Assembly (NCBI GenBank): GCA_050949565.1 | Contig: JBMNFY010000006.1 | Coordinates: forward strand, 64,001 to 128,000 | DNA: 64,000 bases | Direction of reading: 5' to 3' | From: Kiritimatiellia bacterium | Lineage (GTDB): Bacteria > Verrucomicrobiota > Kiritimatiellia > RFP12 > UBA1067 | Part shown: positions 1 through 10,013 of the stretch, piece after piece | How positions within the stretch are numbered: the stretch's first letter is position 1 | Layout of the letters: every line of letters begins with the position of its first letter | Translations under genes and position numbers: made by a program | The notes under the pieces: generated by a model | The model's input: the letters and a program-made list of their open reading frames with translations, nothing else | What the model was told of the DNA's origin: nothing | The model's database searches: none

Positions 1-490
1 AAATTTCTTGAACGCCAAAAGACAGCCGCTCAGAAAACATGAAGATGTGTGTGTTTTTTATGCTAGGCAGCCGGTCTACAACCCGCAGATGAATAGTGGC
101 GCACCGTACGATAAAGGAGTGCGGAAAAACCAGTTGTCCGGCAGCTACGGTGATTTCCAGCCAGCGCGTGTAAAGAGCAGCGGTACGCGCTATCCTACGG
201 ACGTGGTCTATTTCAAAACAGCCGAGAGCGAAGGGCCGGTGTGGCATCCTACGCAGAAACCTGTGGAACTCGGACGGTATTTAATTCGGACGTTTACCGA
301 GCCTGAAGCACTGGTGCTTGACAACGCATTTGGGAGCGGGAGTTTTCTTGTCGCTGCTGCGCTGGAAGGGCGGAGTTATACCGGCATCGAACGCAATCAG
401 GATGTGCATTTGTTCAAAAAGGTTCAAGTTGATTACGTGGGGGTCGCGCGCGAGCGAATCAGAAGTATAACGGCAAAAAAACAAAAATGA
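1..490 (+). CDS. Site-specific DNA methyltransferase (N4/N6, beta-class order), 5'-truncated by window edge
   Basis: HPTQKP motif followed by SAM-binding motif I (VLDNAFGSGS) near the C-terminus; frame is open from position 2 (NFLNAKRQPLRKHED). Confidence 0.9.
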   Translation, partial: NFLNAKRQPLRKHEDVCVFYARQPVYNPQMNSGAPYDKGVRKNQLSGSYGDFQPARVKSSGTRYPTDVVYFKTAESEGPVWHPTQKPVELGRYLIRTFTEPEALVLDNAFGSGSFLVAAALEGRSYTGIERNQDVHLFKKVQVDYVGVARERIRSITAKKQK

Positions 491-497
491 CACCACG

Positions 498-3257
498 ATG
501 AGAAAACGTACTACATCTTACAACGAACGTGCGTGGGCGATTGACGTGATCAATGAAATCAATCGCTGGGCGGAAATGCGTTCGCGTGCAGTGCGTTCTG
601 CGGGCGGCGAATGGGGGCTCGCGTCGAGTGAAAAGGGAAATACGTTATTTCCGGATGTGTTACTCTTTGGCGATGCGGCAAAGAATGCTGTGTTACAGGG
701 ATGGGAACTCAAGATGCCCGATACGCCTGTAACAGACCGTACCTTAATTGACAACGCCAGACAAAAGGCGACTCGGTTAGGTCTGAGTTCGTTTCTTGTA
801 TGGAATGCGGTAGATGCCGCGTTGCACAGGATTGAAGGCGAAGACAGCGTTGTTATGCGCACTTGGCGGTGCGATAAAATCAGGAGGCGTGATGACGTTC
901 AACACAATTGTGACGAATGGCGCAAAACCCTCCTGCAGATTCTCGACGATGTGTGTGATTTTGTAGAAAGAGATGATATTTCTCGTTGTAAACCGCTACC
1001 CGAAAAGTTAAACGATGTGGTGGCCGCTATTCTATCGGACACGGTGGGGGTTGTCTCAGATCGTTTAAATGCCGAATACCGCTGTTCAAAGCGTTGGCGG
1101 ACACATGTTGATTCTTGGTGGGCGGATGTAAAAGCGGCACATGACGAAAAACATCTTGCAGTTAATGACGCAACTTGTTTTTCCTTTCTTGCGTCCGAAA
1201 TTCTATTGCATTGGATACATCGCTTTCTGTTTGCTCATTACTTGAAAAGATTTTCCAAGGAAGCAGTCAGCGTCGAGAATTTGATAGGAACGGCCACCAT
1301 TCAAGATGCGGAACATTTTTTCTTGGAACTGTCGATGAGGCGAGACTATGCGCAGGTCTTCGGTACTAGACAAGGAGCCGCATTGCTTCCTGACGCCGCT
1401 TGGCGGTCCTTATTGGCATTCAATAGCTTCCTGAACGCTGTGAGGTTGTCTGACATCAGTCAGGATTTGTATCACGAGTCGTTGCAGTCGGTTGTCCGTG
1501 CAAGCCAACGTAAGCTGTCTGGACAATTCTGTACGCCTATTAAACTGGCCCGGCTATTGGTTGCGCTTACTGTCGATAACCTCGAAAAACCTGTTCTTGA
1601 TCCTTGTTGCGGAACAGGGACTATCGCTCGGGCGGTGTTAGATTTGAAAACCAGCGTCGGCATTCCTACGGTAGAGGCAACCAAAACAACCTTTGCCTCT
1701 GACCTTCACCCCATGCCTCTACAATTTGCGACGTTGGCGCTTGCTTCCGGCGACTCGCCGTTTGAAACGATCCGCGTATTTCAGCGTGATGTTTTTGAAA
1801 TTAGAACCGGAGAAGATATATGTTTTGTGGATGCTCGAACCGGTCAGAAATGTAAAGAAAAATTGCCGGAGTTTACATGCATTGTTATGAATCCGCCGTT
1901 TATTCGGTTTGAAAATTGGATGAAAAGTCCGATTGTCAGACAACTTAACGAAAAGATTTTAGTTGATACAGGCGTTCCTATCGACGCTAAAGCGGATTAT
2001 TTTGTGCCCGTTACACTTGCCGCAAGCAGACTGCTTCCGCCTGATGGGCGGTTGGGCGTAATTTTCCCCAACACATGGCTCGGCGCTGGGTGGGCAAAAA
2101 CATTCAGGGCTCAAATTCTTTCGTTATTTGCTGTGGAGACGATTGTCACATCCGGTAATGGTCGGTGGTTTGCCGATGCGAAGATTGTCACACAACTTGT
2201 CGTTATGCGGAAGCGTCGACAAGGAGAATGTGCTCAAGATTCCGACGAAACAGTTTTCGCAGTTACCCAAAATCCGGTCGCTCATTGGACGGCAGATTTG
2301 GCTGTCAGCTTGAATAGCAACTCGTCAACAGACCAATCCGGAGTTGTGTCCCGTTTTAAGCTGACGCATTCGCGAATCCGGAAGCTGGAAAGTTCCGGGT
2401 TGAGTTGGGCGGCATTTTTTGTGGATTTAGCTTGGTTTGATCAGGTTGAGCCGTCACTTGTTCGCATCTGTAAGCATTTCACGGTGGCTCGTGGAGAACG
2501 CAGAGGTTGGGATCCTTTGTTTTATCCACCTGCAGACTGTGGCGTCGAAAAAGATTATCTCCGTCCTGTCCTGAAAACATCAGCATCTGTGAGGCGCTTG
2601 CAGGCAGCCCCAGACGCTTTTGCGTTCTGTTGTTCAAAAACTCTTGATGAATTGAGCGCTTTGGGTCATCGAGGTGCTTTGTCTTGGATCAGAAAGTTCG
2701 AGCGTGCTGTTAATAAAAAGGGGAAGCCTTTGGCCGAGGTTTTAAAGCGTTCTGGACAGCACTGGTATGAAATGCGTCCTGATACTGTTGCCGACCTGGC
2801 GGTTTCTATCAATCCAGGTTCTCGTCTGTTTTTCATTCGATTGACTGAGCGGGCGTTTACCAATCAACGATTGACGCGGCTTGCAGCTCGAAAAACCACT
2901 GATCTTGATTTGTGTCACGCTTTGCTTTGTTCCTTCATGGGATGCTTTTATTTGGAGGCTATCGGATTCGGTCGCGGATTAGGGGCTCTGGATTTGAGCG
3001 CAACGCGAGTTCGAGACCAATTTTGGATGCTTGATCCTGATCGAGTGACTCCAGTACATCGAAAGCGTATACTTGCGGCATTCGATAAGTTGAAAAGACG
3101 AGATGTTTTTGACCTTGAAAAGGAAGCGGCACAGACCGACCGTAGACAATTTGAAGAATCTGTCTTGGCCGCATTTGGATTGAAAGAGATTCTTCCAGAC
3201 CTTGAGAAGGCGTTGTTGACGCTTTACCGTATTCGAAATTGTGTTAAAAAGGATTGA
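498..3257 (+). CDS. Type IIG-like restriction-modification enzyme (nuclease + N6-adenine MTase + target recognition domain)
   Basis: N-terminal PD-(D/E)xK-like FPDVLL...WELK; GQFCTP, motif I VLDPCCGTG, motif IV NPPF (gamma order); 919 aa; AT-richer than the flanking genes. Confidence 0.8.
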   Translation: MRKRTTSYNERAWAIDVINEINRWAEMRSRAVRSAGGEWGLASSEKGNTLFPDVLLFGDAAKNAVLQGWELKMPDTPVTDRTLIDNARQKATRLGLSSFLVWNAVDAALHRIEGEDSVVMRTWRCDKIRRRDDVQHNCDEWRKTLLQILDDVCDFVERDDISRCKPLPEKLNDVVAAILSDTVGVVSDRLNAEYRCSKRWRTHVDSWWADVKAAHDEKHLAVNDATCFSFLASEILLHWIHRFLFAHYLKRFSKEAVSVENLIGTATIQDAEHFFLELSMRRDYAQVFGTRQGAALLPDAAWRSLLAFNSFLNAVRLSDISQDLYHESLQSVVRASQRKLSGQFCTPIKLARLLVALTVDNLEKPVLDPCCGTGTIARAVLDLKTSVGIPTVEATKTTFASDLHPMPLQFATLALASGDSPFETIRVFQRDVFEIRTGEDICFVDARTGQKCKEKLPEFTCIVMNPPFIRFENWMKSPIVRQLNEKILVDTGVPIDAKADYFVPVTLAASRLLPPDGRLGVIFPNTWLGAGWAKTFRAQILSLFAVETIVTSGNGRWFADAKIVTQLVVMRKRRQGECAQDSDETVFAVTQNPVAHWTADLAVSLNSNSSTDQSGVVSRFKLTHSRIRKLESSGLSWAAFFVDLAWFDQVEPSLVRICKHFTVARGERRGWDPLFYPPADCGVEKDYLRPVLKTSASVRRLQAAPDAFAFCCSKTLDELSALGHRGALSWIRKFERAVNKKGKPLAEVLKRSGQHWYEMRPDTVADLAVSINPGSRLFFIRLTERAFTNQRLTRLAARKTTDLDLCHALLCSFMGCFYLEAIGFGRGLGALDLSATRVRDQFWMLDPDRVTPVHRKRILAAFDKLKRRDVFDLEKEAAQTDRRQFEESVLAAFGLKEILPDLEKALLTLYRIRNCVKKD

Positions 3258-3258
3258 A

Positions 3259-3297
3259 GGAGAAGAGCATGGGAGAAGAGCATGGGAGAAGAGCATG
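3259..3297 (+). repeat. Three perfect tandem copies of 13-bp GGAGAAGAGCATG (Shine-Dalgarno + ATG)
   Basis: Read directly at 3259-3271, 3272-3284, 3285-3297. Confidence 0.95.
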
Positions 3298-3891
3298 AGT
3301 GAGAAAGTCACAAACGTTTCTTTAGTGGGCGTGGGCGGTCAGGGCATTCTGCTCACCAGCGATATTCTGGCGCGGACAGCGGCGTTGGCCGGACTGGATG
3401 TGAAGAAGAGCGAGATCCACGGGATGGCGCAGCGCGGCGGCAGTGTGATCAGTCAGGTGCGCTTCGGCGAAAAAGTGTACTCGCCGATCATCCCGGACGG
3501 CGCCAGCAACCTGCTGGTTGCGTTCGAGCGGCTGGAGGCCCTGCGTTGGCGGCATCTGCTCGCGGCGGACGGCAAGGTGCTGATCAACGACATGAACATG
3601 ACGCCGGTCACGGTTTCGAGCGGTCAGCAGGCGGCGGTGACGGATCTGGATGACCGCCTGCGCACTGAATATCCGTCCGCGCTGTATGTTGACGCGCTGA
3701 CGATCGCCAAGGAGATGGGCAACACGCGCACGATGAACATGGTGTTGGCGGGTGCGCTCTCGACTCTGACGCCGTTCAGCGCCGAGTTGTGGCAACAGGC
3801 GATGCGTGAGCGCATCGCGGCCAAGTTCATTGATCTGAACCTCAAGGCGTTTGAGGCGGGACGCGCACGCGGCGCGGCGTCGGCGTCCTGA
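3295..3891 (+). CDS. iorB: Indolepyruvate ferredoxin oxidoreductase beta subunit
   Basis: GVGGQG, SEIHGMAQRGGSV, YSPII, FERLEALR and NLKAFEAG motifs; start moved to the ATG of the last 13-bp repeat. Confidence 0.9.
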   Translation: MSEKVTNVSLVGVGGQGILLTSDILARTAALAGLDVKKSEIHGMAQRGGSVISQVRFGEKVYSPIIPDGASNLLVAFERLEALRWRHLLAADGKVLINDMNMTPVTVSSGQQAAVTDLDDRLRTEYPSALYVDALTIAKEMGNTRTMNMVLAGALSTLTPFSAELWQQAMRERIAAKFIDLNLKAFEAGRARGAASAS

Positions 3892-3899
3892 ATAGAGCC

Positions 3900-4349
3900 G
3901 TGTTCGCGCGACTCCTCCAGTTCGTGAAAGGACGCCGCAGCGAGCGGCGCGACCTGCCGCGTTCGGCGGTGGTGGGCACTTGGGGTGAAGAGCGCGCGGC
4001 GGCGTTTCTCAAGGCGGCTGGCTTTTCGATCATCGGACGGAATGTGCGTCCGAATCGTCGCGATGAGATCGATCTGGTGGTGCGTCGCGGCGACACGCTC
4101 GTGTTCGTCGAGGTCAAGACGCGGCGGCGCGAGGATTTCGGTCGGCCGCTCTCTGCGATCGACGCCCGTGAGCGCCACGCGCTGAATCGCGCGGCGGCGG
4201 CTTTCGTGCGCAGGGCGGGCTATCCGCGCCTCTACTTTCGCTTTGATGTGGTCGAGGTGCTGGGCCAGCCGGAGGAGGGTGAGCCGCTGATCCGGCATGT
4301 TGAAAATGCCTTTCCGTTTGAACCGCGTCTGCGCTTCTCACGGCAATAG
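3900..4349 (+). CDS. YraN (UPF0102) family endonuclease-like protein
   Basis: G..GEE.A, EIDLV, LVFVEVKTR, RFDVVEV, HVENAF motifs. Confidence 0.9.
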   Translation: MFARLLQFVKGRRSERRDLPRSAVVGTWGEERAAAFLKAAGFSIIGRNVRPNRRDEIDLVVRRGDTLVFVEVKTRRREDFGRPLSAIDARERHALNRAAAAFVRRAGYPRLYFRFDVVEVLGQPEEGEPLIRHVENAFPFEPRLRFSRQ

Positions 4350-4358
4350 GAGAATGGT

Positions 4359-7300
4359 ATGCAAAGAGGATCGAAGACGGGGTGGATCGCGCGGGTTGCG
4401 GTTGCGGGCTGTGTGGTGTGGGTGTCGGCGTGCCGCTTGCTGGATACGCCGAAGGCGGATGCCTGGATGGAGCAGGCGCGGTCATACGCCCTGACGCCCG
4501 CAACCGATTGGGTGTATCCGGTCGGGATCCTGCGCAGCGAGGGCGCGGTGGAGGGGGCGGAGCATCTGCTGGCCGAGGATGGCGTGAGCTGTCGGCTGGT
4601 TTACGAGAACGGTGCACCCAAACCGGTGGTGATTCTCGACTTCGGGCGGCAGAGCGTCGGCGGATATGCGGTCTTTACGGTGACGGCGGATCTGGGTGCG
4701 CCGGTGGTGCGGCTCTCCTATGCGTGTCATCCCGACGGGCTTTCGGAGACCGGTTGTTTCACACGCTCGACCAGTGCCCGCTACCTCGGCCCGACACTTG
4801 ACCTGCCGATTCTGCCGGCGAATGTCTACCGGCATGAGACTTACACGATACCGCGTGCCGGACGCTTCATCGCGCCGCTGATCCAGGGCCAGACCCGGTA
4901 TGTCAGGCTCCAGCTCGATACGCCCGGCACCGAGGTCAGCATCGACGCCGTGGCGATGGTGAACAGCGAGGTGTATGACCGCACGCCGCACGACGGGCTC
5001 TTCCTGTGCAGCGACGAGCGTCTGAACCGGCTGTGGGCGATCAGCACATGGACGTTGCAGATTGCCTCATTTCCGAATCACGATGCCTGGAAGTGCGTGG
5101 ACGGCTGGCTGTTGCCGCGCAAGTTGGAGCAGGCCGAAGAGGTCGGGCTGAGCCGCGACGGCGCGTCGTGGGGCGACGTGCGGATCGAGACGACCTTCGA
5201 GCTGCGCACCAATCCCGATCATGTATCGGCGGCCGGAATCGCCTTCCGTGCGGCGGACGCGCGCAACGCCTATCTGGCGGAGGTCGATCTCGATGGCGTG
5301 GTGAAGTTGCTGGCGCGGCAGGACGGACGCGATCGCGTGTTGTGCGAACGCCGTTTGTCTGGGCCGTTGCTGGACGGCTTGCGCTACAAGTTGGAGGTCG
5401 AGGCGTTCGGGCCGATGTTGGTGGTGCGGTTGGATGATGTCGAAGTGGCGCGTGTCGAGGACGACACTTTCGCGAACGGACGCGTGGGCTTCTACACGCC
5501 TAAAGAGAAGTGGCCGCTCTTCGACGACATCCGGGTGACGAATGCCCGCGGGCGTGTGCTGTTGAAGGACGATTTTTCGCGCGGGCTCGACCAATGGGAC
5601 TTCGCGCGTACGCTGCCGTTCGTGGCAGACGGCGCGAAGCGCGACCGGCTGGTCTGGTCGGGCGACCTTTACTTCGCGCAGCGCAGCGCGTATTACGCTT
5701 CGGCGCAGCCCGTCTATATGCGCGACTCGCTGCGCATGCTCGCTTTCAATCAGACGGCGGACGGATACGTGCACGCCTCGCCTTATCCCGAGCGTAGCGT
5801 GCCGCCGGCACGCGACGATTTCGGGCCGTTCCCCTCGGATGAGTTCGCGGCGTGGCTGGTGCCGGTGGCGTGGGATCACCTGCTCTACACCGGCGACCGC
5901 GAAACGCTCCGCGAACTCTGGCCGGCGATCCAGCGGTTGCTGAGTTATCTGGAGGCGCACATCGGGGGTGACGGCCTGTTTCAACAGCGACCGGAGACCT
6001 CCAAGCACGCCTGCAACTTGAATCTGGGCGATGTCCGCAAGCGCGCTTACATGAATCTCTTGCTGTGCGCGGTCTTCAGGGATGCCGCGCGCATCGCCGA
6101 TGAACTCGAGTTGCCGGACGAGGCGGCGATCGCACGGCGTCGCGAGGCGTCGCTCAGGAATGCGCTCGACCGTCATCTGTGGGACGAGGCCGGTGGATTT
6201 TACCGAGAGGCGGTTGAGACACCGCGCTTCGGAGCGGAGGCCAACGCGCTTGCGTTGTCGTTGGGGTTGGTTTCACCTGAGCGGGCGCGACGCATCGCGC
6301 CGCAGTTCAAAAAAATCGGTCACGGCAAGTTCCAGAGTCTAGCCAGCCGCGGCCGTTTCGAGTACGGCTTTGCGCAGTCCGGTTTGCAGATGCTCTTCGA
6401 TCACAACTGGTTCAAGTTGCTGGACGATGAGTGGAAAGGCGCCTGGACCACGACCGAATGCATGGGCTTGATGAGGAAAGGGTGGGGGGATGAGTCGCAT
6501 CCCGATACCGCGATCGCGCATCACTTCAGCGCCTACCTGCTGGGAGTCGCGCCGCTTGAGCCGGGGTTCCGCCGCTTCCGCGTGCGGCCGCAGGTGACAC
6601 GCGAGGTGAGTTGGGCCAAGGGCCTCGTGCCGACACCGCACGGCGCTGTACGCTGCGAATGGGAACTCACGAACGACACGCTCGAACTGTTGCTGACCGT
6701 GCCGAAAGGGACACGGGCAGACATCGCCCTGCCGGGATGCCTGCGTGTGACGGTTAATGGCTGTGTGCGCGTCCCGACCGATTTGCCGGCCGGTAGCTAT
6801 CGCGTGGTCGCGGAAGGGGTATCGGCCGAGGCGTGGCACGATCCGACGCTTCGGCGCTCGACGACAGACCGGCAGCTCGCCTACTCCGCCAAGGCCTCCA
6901 GCTCGCATGAGATGGGCGGGTGGGGGATCGCCCATCTTTTTGCGCCGGATCAGGACGGTGCTAAGGGATACAGTTCGAAGGCCCACGCCACGGCCGATGC
7001 CGAGGAGTGGATCGAGATCGATCTGGGTGAAGAGCGCACGCTGGGGCAGCTTGTGTTGGTGCCGCGTCGCGATGTAGTCGGTACGGACGGCTCGGCGGCG
7101 GGCTTCCCGCGCGCGTTCACGGTCGAGTTGGCAAAAGAGCCCGGTGCCTACACAACGATCAAAAAAGTGGACGACACCCCAACCCTCGGCGAAGACGGGT
7201 TAACGATCGACCTCTACTCGGTGATCGGTTATCCCGCCGCGCGATACATTCGGATCGCCGCCACGCGTTTAGGCGCGCCGGCGAGCGACGAGGCGGGACG

Positions 7301-7364
7301 CTACCGCTTGCAGTTCGCGCGTGTGCGGGTACTCCGACCCGAAGAGTTGCGCAAACAACCGTAA
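4359..7364 (+). CDS. Alpha-L-rhamnosidase-like (GH78) lipoprotein with an inserted beta-sandwich domain and C-terminal discoidin (F5/8C) domain
   Basis: Lipobox VSAC; ILDFG; SDERLNRLW; DGAKRDRLVWSGD; VPTPHG; C-terminal EWIEIDLGE...FPRAFTVE...ARYIRI. Confidence 0.8.
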   Translation: MQRGSKTGWIARVAVAGCVVWVSACRLLDTPKADAWMEQARSYALTPATDWVYPVGILRSEGAVEGAEHLLAEDGVSCRLVYENGAPKPVVILDFGRQSVGGYAVFTVTADLGAPVVRLSYACHPDGLSETGCFTRSTSARYLGPTLDLPILPANVYRHETYTIPRAGRFIAPLIQGQTRYVRLQLDTPGTEVSIDAVAMVNSEVYDRTPHDGLFLCSDERLNRLWAISTWTLQIASFPNHDAWKCVDGWLLPRKLEQAEEVGLSRDGASWGDVRIETTFELRTNPDHVSAAGIAFRAADARNAYLAEVDLDGVVKLLARQDGRDRVLCERRLSGPLLDGLRYKLEVEAFGPMLVVRLDDVEVARVEDDTFANGRVGFYTPKEKWPLFDDIRVTNARGRVLLKDDFSRGLDQWDFARTLPFVADGAKRDRLVWSGDLYFAQRSAYYASAQPVYMRDSLRMLAFNQTADGYVHASPYPERSVPPARDDFGPFPSDEFAAWLVPVAWDHLLYTGDRETLRELWPAIQRLLSYLEAHIGGDGLFQQRPETSKHACNLNLGDVRKRAYMNLLLCAVFRDAARIADELELPDEAAIARRREASLRNALDRHLWDEAGGFYREAVETPRFGAEANALALSLGLVSPERARRIAPQFKKIGHGKFQSLASRGRFEYGFAQSGLQMLFDHNWFKLLDDEWKGAWTTTECMGLMRKGWGDESHPDTAIAHHFSAYLLGVAPLEPGFRRFRVRPQVTREVSWAKGLVPTPHGAVRCEWELTNDTLELLLTVPKGTRADIALPGCLRVTVNGCVRVPTDLPAGSYRVVAEGVSAEAWHDPTLRRSTTDRQLAYSAKASSSHEMGGWGIAHLFAPDQDGAKGYSSKAHATADAEEWIEIDLGEERTLGQLVLVPRRDVVGTDGSAAGFPRAFTVELAKEPGAYTTIKKVDDTPTLGEDGLTIDLYSVIGYPAARYIRIAATRLGAPASDEAGRYRLQFARVRVLRPEELRKQP

Positions 7365-7381
7365 TTTGTAAAGGAGCAGTC

Positions 7382-9730
7382 ATGAAAAAGATCCTGTTGT
7401 GCGTGCCCTTGACTTCGCTGCTGTTCGCGGCAGTTGCTCAGAACGTCCCTAGTCTGCTGCTCAACGATACCTATCGCATCGTGACCGCAGCCCAGCCGAT
7501 TCCCGCCGAGGAATTCGCCGCTACCGAACTGAAAGCCTATCTGGATAAGGTTACCGGCAAGACGTTTGTTGTTGTTTCTGAAGCTGACCATGACGGCACC
7601 CCGGCTATCCATTTGGGACAGACCGCCTTGGCTGCTACGAACCGTAGCGGCGATTACGGCAAGGAGGAGTATCACCTCAAAACCGTCGGCAAGAACATCA
7701 TCATCACCGGCGGTCGTCCGCGCGGTGTTCTCTTCGGGACGTATGAATTTCTGGAGCGCTTCGCCGGCGTGCGTTTTCTGAGCATCAACTTCGAGCACGT
7801 TCCTAGTCGGGAGGCCATCGCCGTCCCTGCCGATCTCGACGTCCGCCACACACCGGCATTCATCTATCGCGACATCTATCCCGGACATGCCGAGATCTCG
7901 GCCGGATACCGCCGCAAAGTCCGCCAGAACAGCGGCGGCGGACAGGCCCGCTTCGGGTTCAGCGAAAGCTACGGTTCTCCGCGCGGGGTTCACACCATGC
8001 ACGTCTACTCCGCCGACTTTCCCAGGGAAATCTCTTGGATGAATAAAAACGGGACGCGGCAGATCGTCGGTGAGCCCTTCGGCGGCTCTATCTGTTTCTC
8101 TCAGCCCGAAGTTCTGGACCGCTTCGCCACCAAAGTGAAGGACTACGTTAGGCAAGACCGTGCTCGCTGTAAGGAAACCGGTGCTCCTTGGCCGGTCTTC
8201 TACGTCGTTGATCAGAATGACTGTAAAGTCGAATGCTTCTGTCCGGAATGTCAGGAGGTGGTCAAGCAACACGACGTTTCCGGCTTGGTGATCAACTTCA
8301 TGAACAAGCTCTGGGATCGCGTCAGTGTCGATTATCCCGACATCTACCTGATGATGTTCGCCTATCACGACTCCACGGTTCCGCCCACCAGCGGCTTGAA
8401 GCCCAAGGGCAACGTCATCGTGCGCCTGGCCTACATGGATCACGAGTTCGCCGAATCAGGCAAGGTCAAGCGCGATGTCATGTTCCCGCTCTCCCATCCC
8501 AACAACAAGCCGTATGACGATGCCATGGCCGCTTGGCACGATTGCGCTGGCAACATCGCGATCTGGGACTACTGGAAGCTGTTCCGTTGCAGCTTTCAGA
8601 CTCCCATCCACAATCTGGCCGCTATCCCCGGCTTGGTGCGCCGTTACCGCGACATCAACGCCAAGCATTTCTTCGTTGAAATGGAACTCGGCCCAACCGT
8701 TCCTCTGACCTTCTTTGACCTGCGCTACTATCTCGGTGCCAAAATGATGGACAACCCCGATCTCGACCCCGACCGGCTGGTCGCCGAGTACATGTCCCTC
8801 TTCTACGGCAAGGCCGCGCCCTTCATGCAGGAGTTCAAGACCTACACCGAAAAACGCATGGCGGAAATGGACAAGCCGCTCGGCACGGTCGCGCCGGACA
8901 AGCGTCCGTTCCTCGACGCCGCCTTCTTCACCACGCTCAACACCCTGCTCGATCAGGCGGAGAAGGCGGAAGCCGGTAATCAGGCAGTGCTCAACAACAT
9001 CAAACAAGAGCGGCTGATCGTCGATCACAGCTACCTGTGCCTGTGGAAAACCCACAACAACCCTCTCGGTCTGGACAAGAAAATCCTCCAGCAGCGCATC
9101 AGCGAAAACGCCGACATCTTCGGCCGCAAATACTTCCCTTCGGCTTGGAAGCGTGACCGCGAACTCGCGCTGGAGTTCCTCAGTGACAACATGGACTTCC
9201 CGGAAAAGCACGCCAGAATCGAGGCCATGCCGCTCGATGGCTTGGACTTTACCGGACGCGATGTCGTCGAACTCACCGCCGCTGAACTGGACGGCGGCTT
9301 TTTGGCCGAAGACCCCGACGCCTTTGGCGGCAAGGCCAAAGTCAAAGACAGCGACGGCAAGCCCGACTACCACGCCCGACCCTTCACCTACGGCGTCTAC
9401 GACTGGAAATTCAAGCAGCATCTGTCGAGCGCTACCTTGGCAAAGAAAAACACACCCCAGGACGAAAAGTATCACTGGTATTACGCCGGCCGCATCCGCG
9501 TTTATTCCGAACAGACCCGCCTCTGGACCCACTGGTCTTGGACGATGAACTTCACCTTCCGCAAGGCCATGCAGAAACAGGAACACAAACAACTCTACGA
9601 CGTCTACATGTCCGCCAAACTGCAAGGTCCGTCCTACGTGGCGAACTCAAAGCAGCCGGACGAAGTGCGCGTCGACCGCGTCATCCTCGTCAAGGTCAAG
9701 CCGGACGAAAAGAGAGTGGACAGCGAATAG
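7382..9730 (+). CDS. Secreted DUF4838-domain protein (GH20/GH67-like N-terminal domain)
   Basis: Signal peptide; FAATELKAYL, GGRPRGVLFGTYEFLE, PAFIYR, QND...CFCPEC, FAYH pattern. Confidence 0.75.
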   Translation: MKKILLCVPLTSLLFAAVAQNVPSLLLNDTYRIVTAAQPIPAEEFAATELKAYLDKVTGKTFVVVSEADHDGTPAIHLGQTALAATNRSGDYGKEEYHLKTVGKNIIITGGRPRGVLFGTYEFLERFAGVRFLSINFEHVPSREAIAVPADLDVRHTPAFIYRDIYPGHAEISAGYRRKVRQNSGGGQARFGFSESYGSPRGVHTMHVYSADFPREISWMNKNGTRQIVGEPFGGSICFSQPEVLDRFATKVKDYVRQDRARCKETGAPWPVFYVVDQNDCKVECFCPECQEVVKQHDVSGLVINFMNKLWDRVSVDYPDIYLMMFAYHDSTVPPTSGLKPKGNVIVRLAYMDHEFAESGKVKRDVMFPLSHPNNKPYDDAMAAWHDCAGNIAIWDYWKLFRCSFQTPIHNLAAIPGLVRRYRDINAKHFFVEMELGPTVPLTFFDLRYYLGAKMMDNPDLDPDRLVAEYMSLFYGKAAPFMQEFKTYTEKRMAEMDKPLGTVAPDKRPFLDAAFFTTLNTLLDQAEKAEAGNQAVLNNIKQERLIVDHSYLCLWKTHNNPLGLDKKILQQRISENADIFGRKYFPSAWKRDRELALEFLSDNMDFPEKHARIEAMPLDGLDFTGRDVVELTAAELDGGFLAEDPDAFGGKAKVKDSDGKPDYHARPFTYGVYDWKFKQHLSSATLAKKNTPQDEKYHWYYAGRIRVYSEQTRLWTHWSWTMNFTFRKAMQKQEHKQLYDVYMSAKLQGPSYVANSKQPDEVRVDRVILVKVKPDEKRVDSE

Positions 9731-9805
9731 AGCGTCCAAAACACCTGTCCCTTTGGCGTCCACAATTCGTGTTTATTCGTGTCCATTCGTGGTTCCCAAT
9801 GTTTG

Positions 9806-9850
9806 AACCTAAAAAGAGCAGTTGAACCTTCAACTCTCTTTTTAGGGTAA
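9806..9850. repeat. Hairpin formed by the two terminal repeats of the element at 23080-23367 (empty form)
   Basis: AACCTAAAAAGAGCAGTTGAACCTTCAACTCTCTTTTTAGGGTAA; 9808-9841 is identical to 23084-23117. Confidence 0.9.
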
Positions 9851-9933
9851 GCGTTCCTTGCGAAGCGCCGGGAGGGGCAAGTGTCACTTGCCCGGTGGCG
9901 GCCATGCCGCCACTTTGTCCCTCTTTTGGCTCA

Positions 9934-9976
9934 TGCGGTGAATACTTCACTAATCACCGCATTTTGTGCGGCGAAT
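9934..9976. promoter_or_regulatory. Putative operator upstream of fic: three TGCGGYGAWT half-sites
   Basis: TGCGGTGAAT 9934-9943, AATCACCGCA 9952-9961 (reverse), TGCGGCGAAT 9967-9976. Confidence 0.5.
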
Positions 9977-10013
9977 GGTGGACGTTACCGCTTCCGTTTG
10001 CTAAACTGTCGCC

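Noticed and set aside
3900-4349. YraN nuclease as part of the RM defence cassette
   Set aside because: Host-like GC, separated from the cassette by iorB, and YraN is a widespread standalone gene
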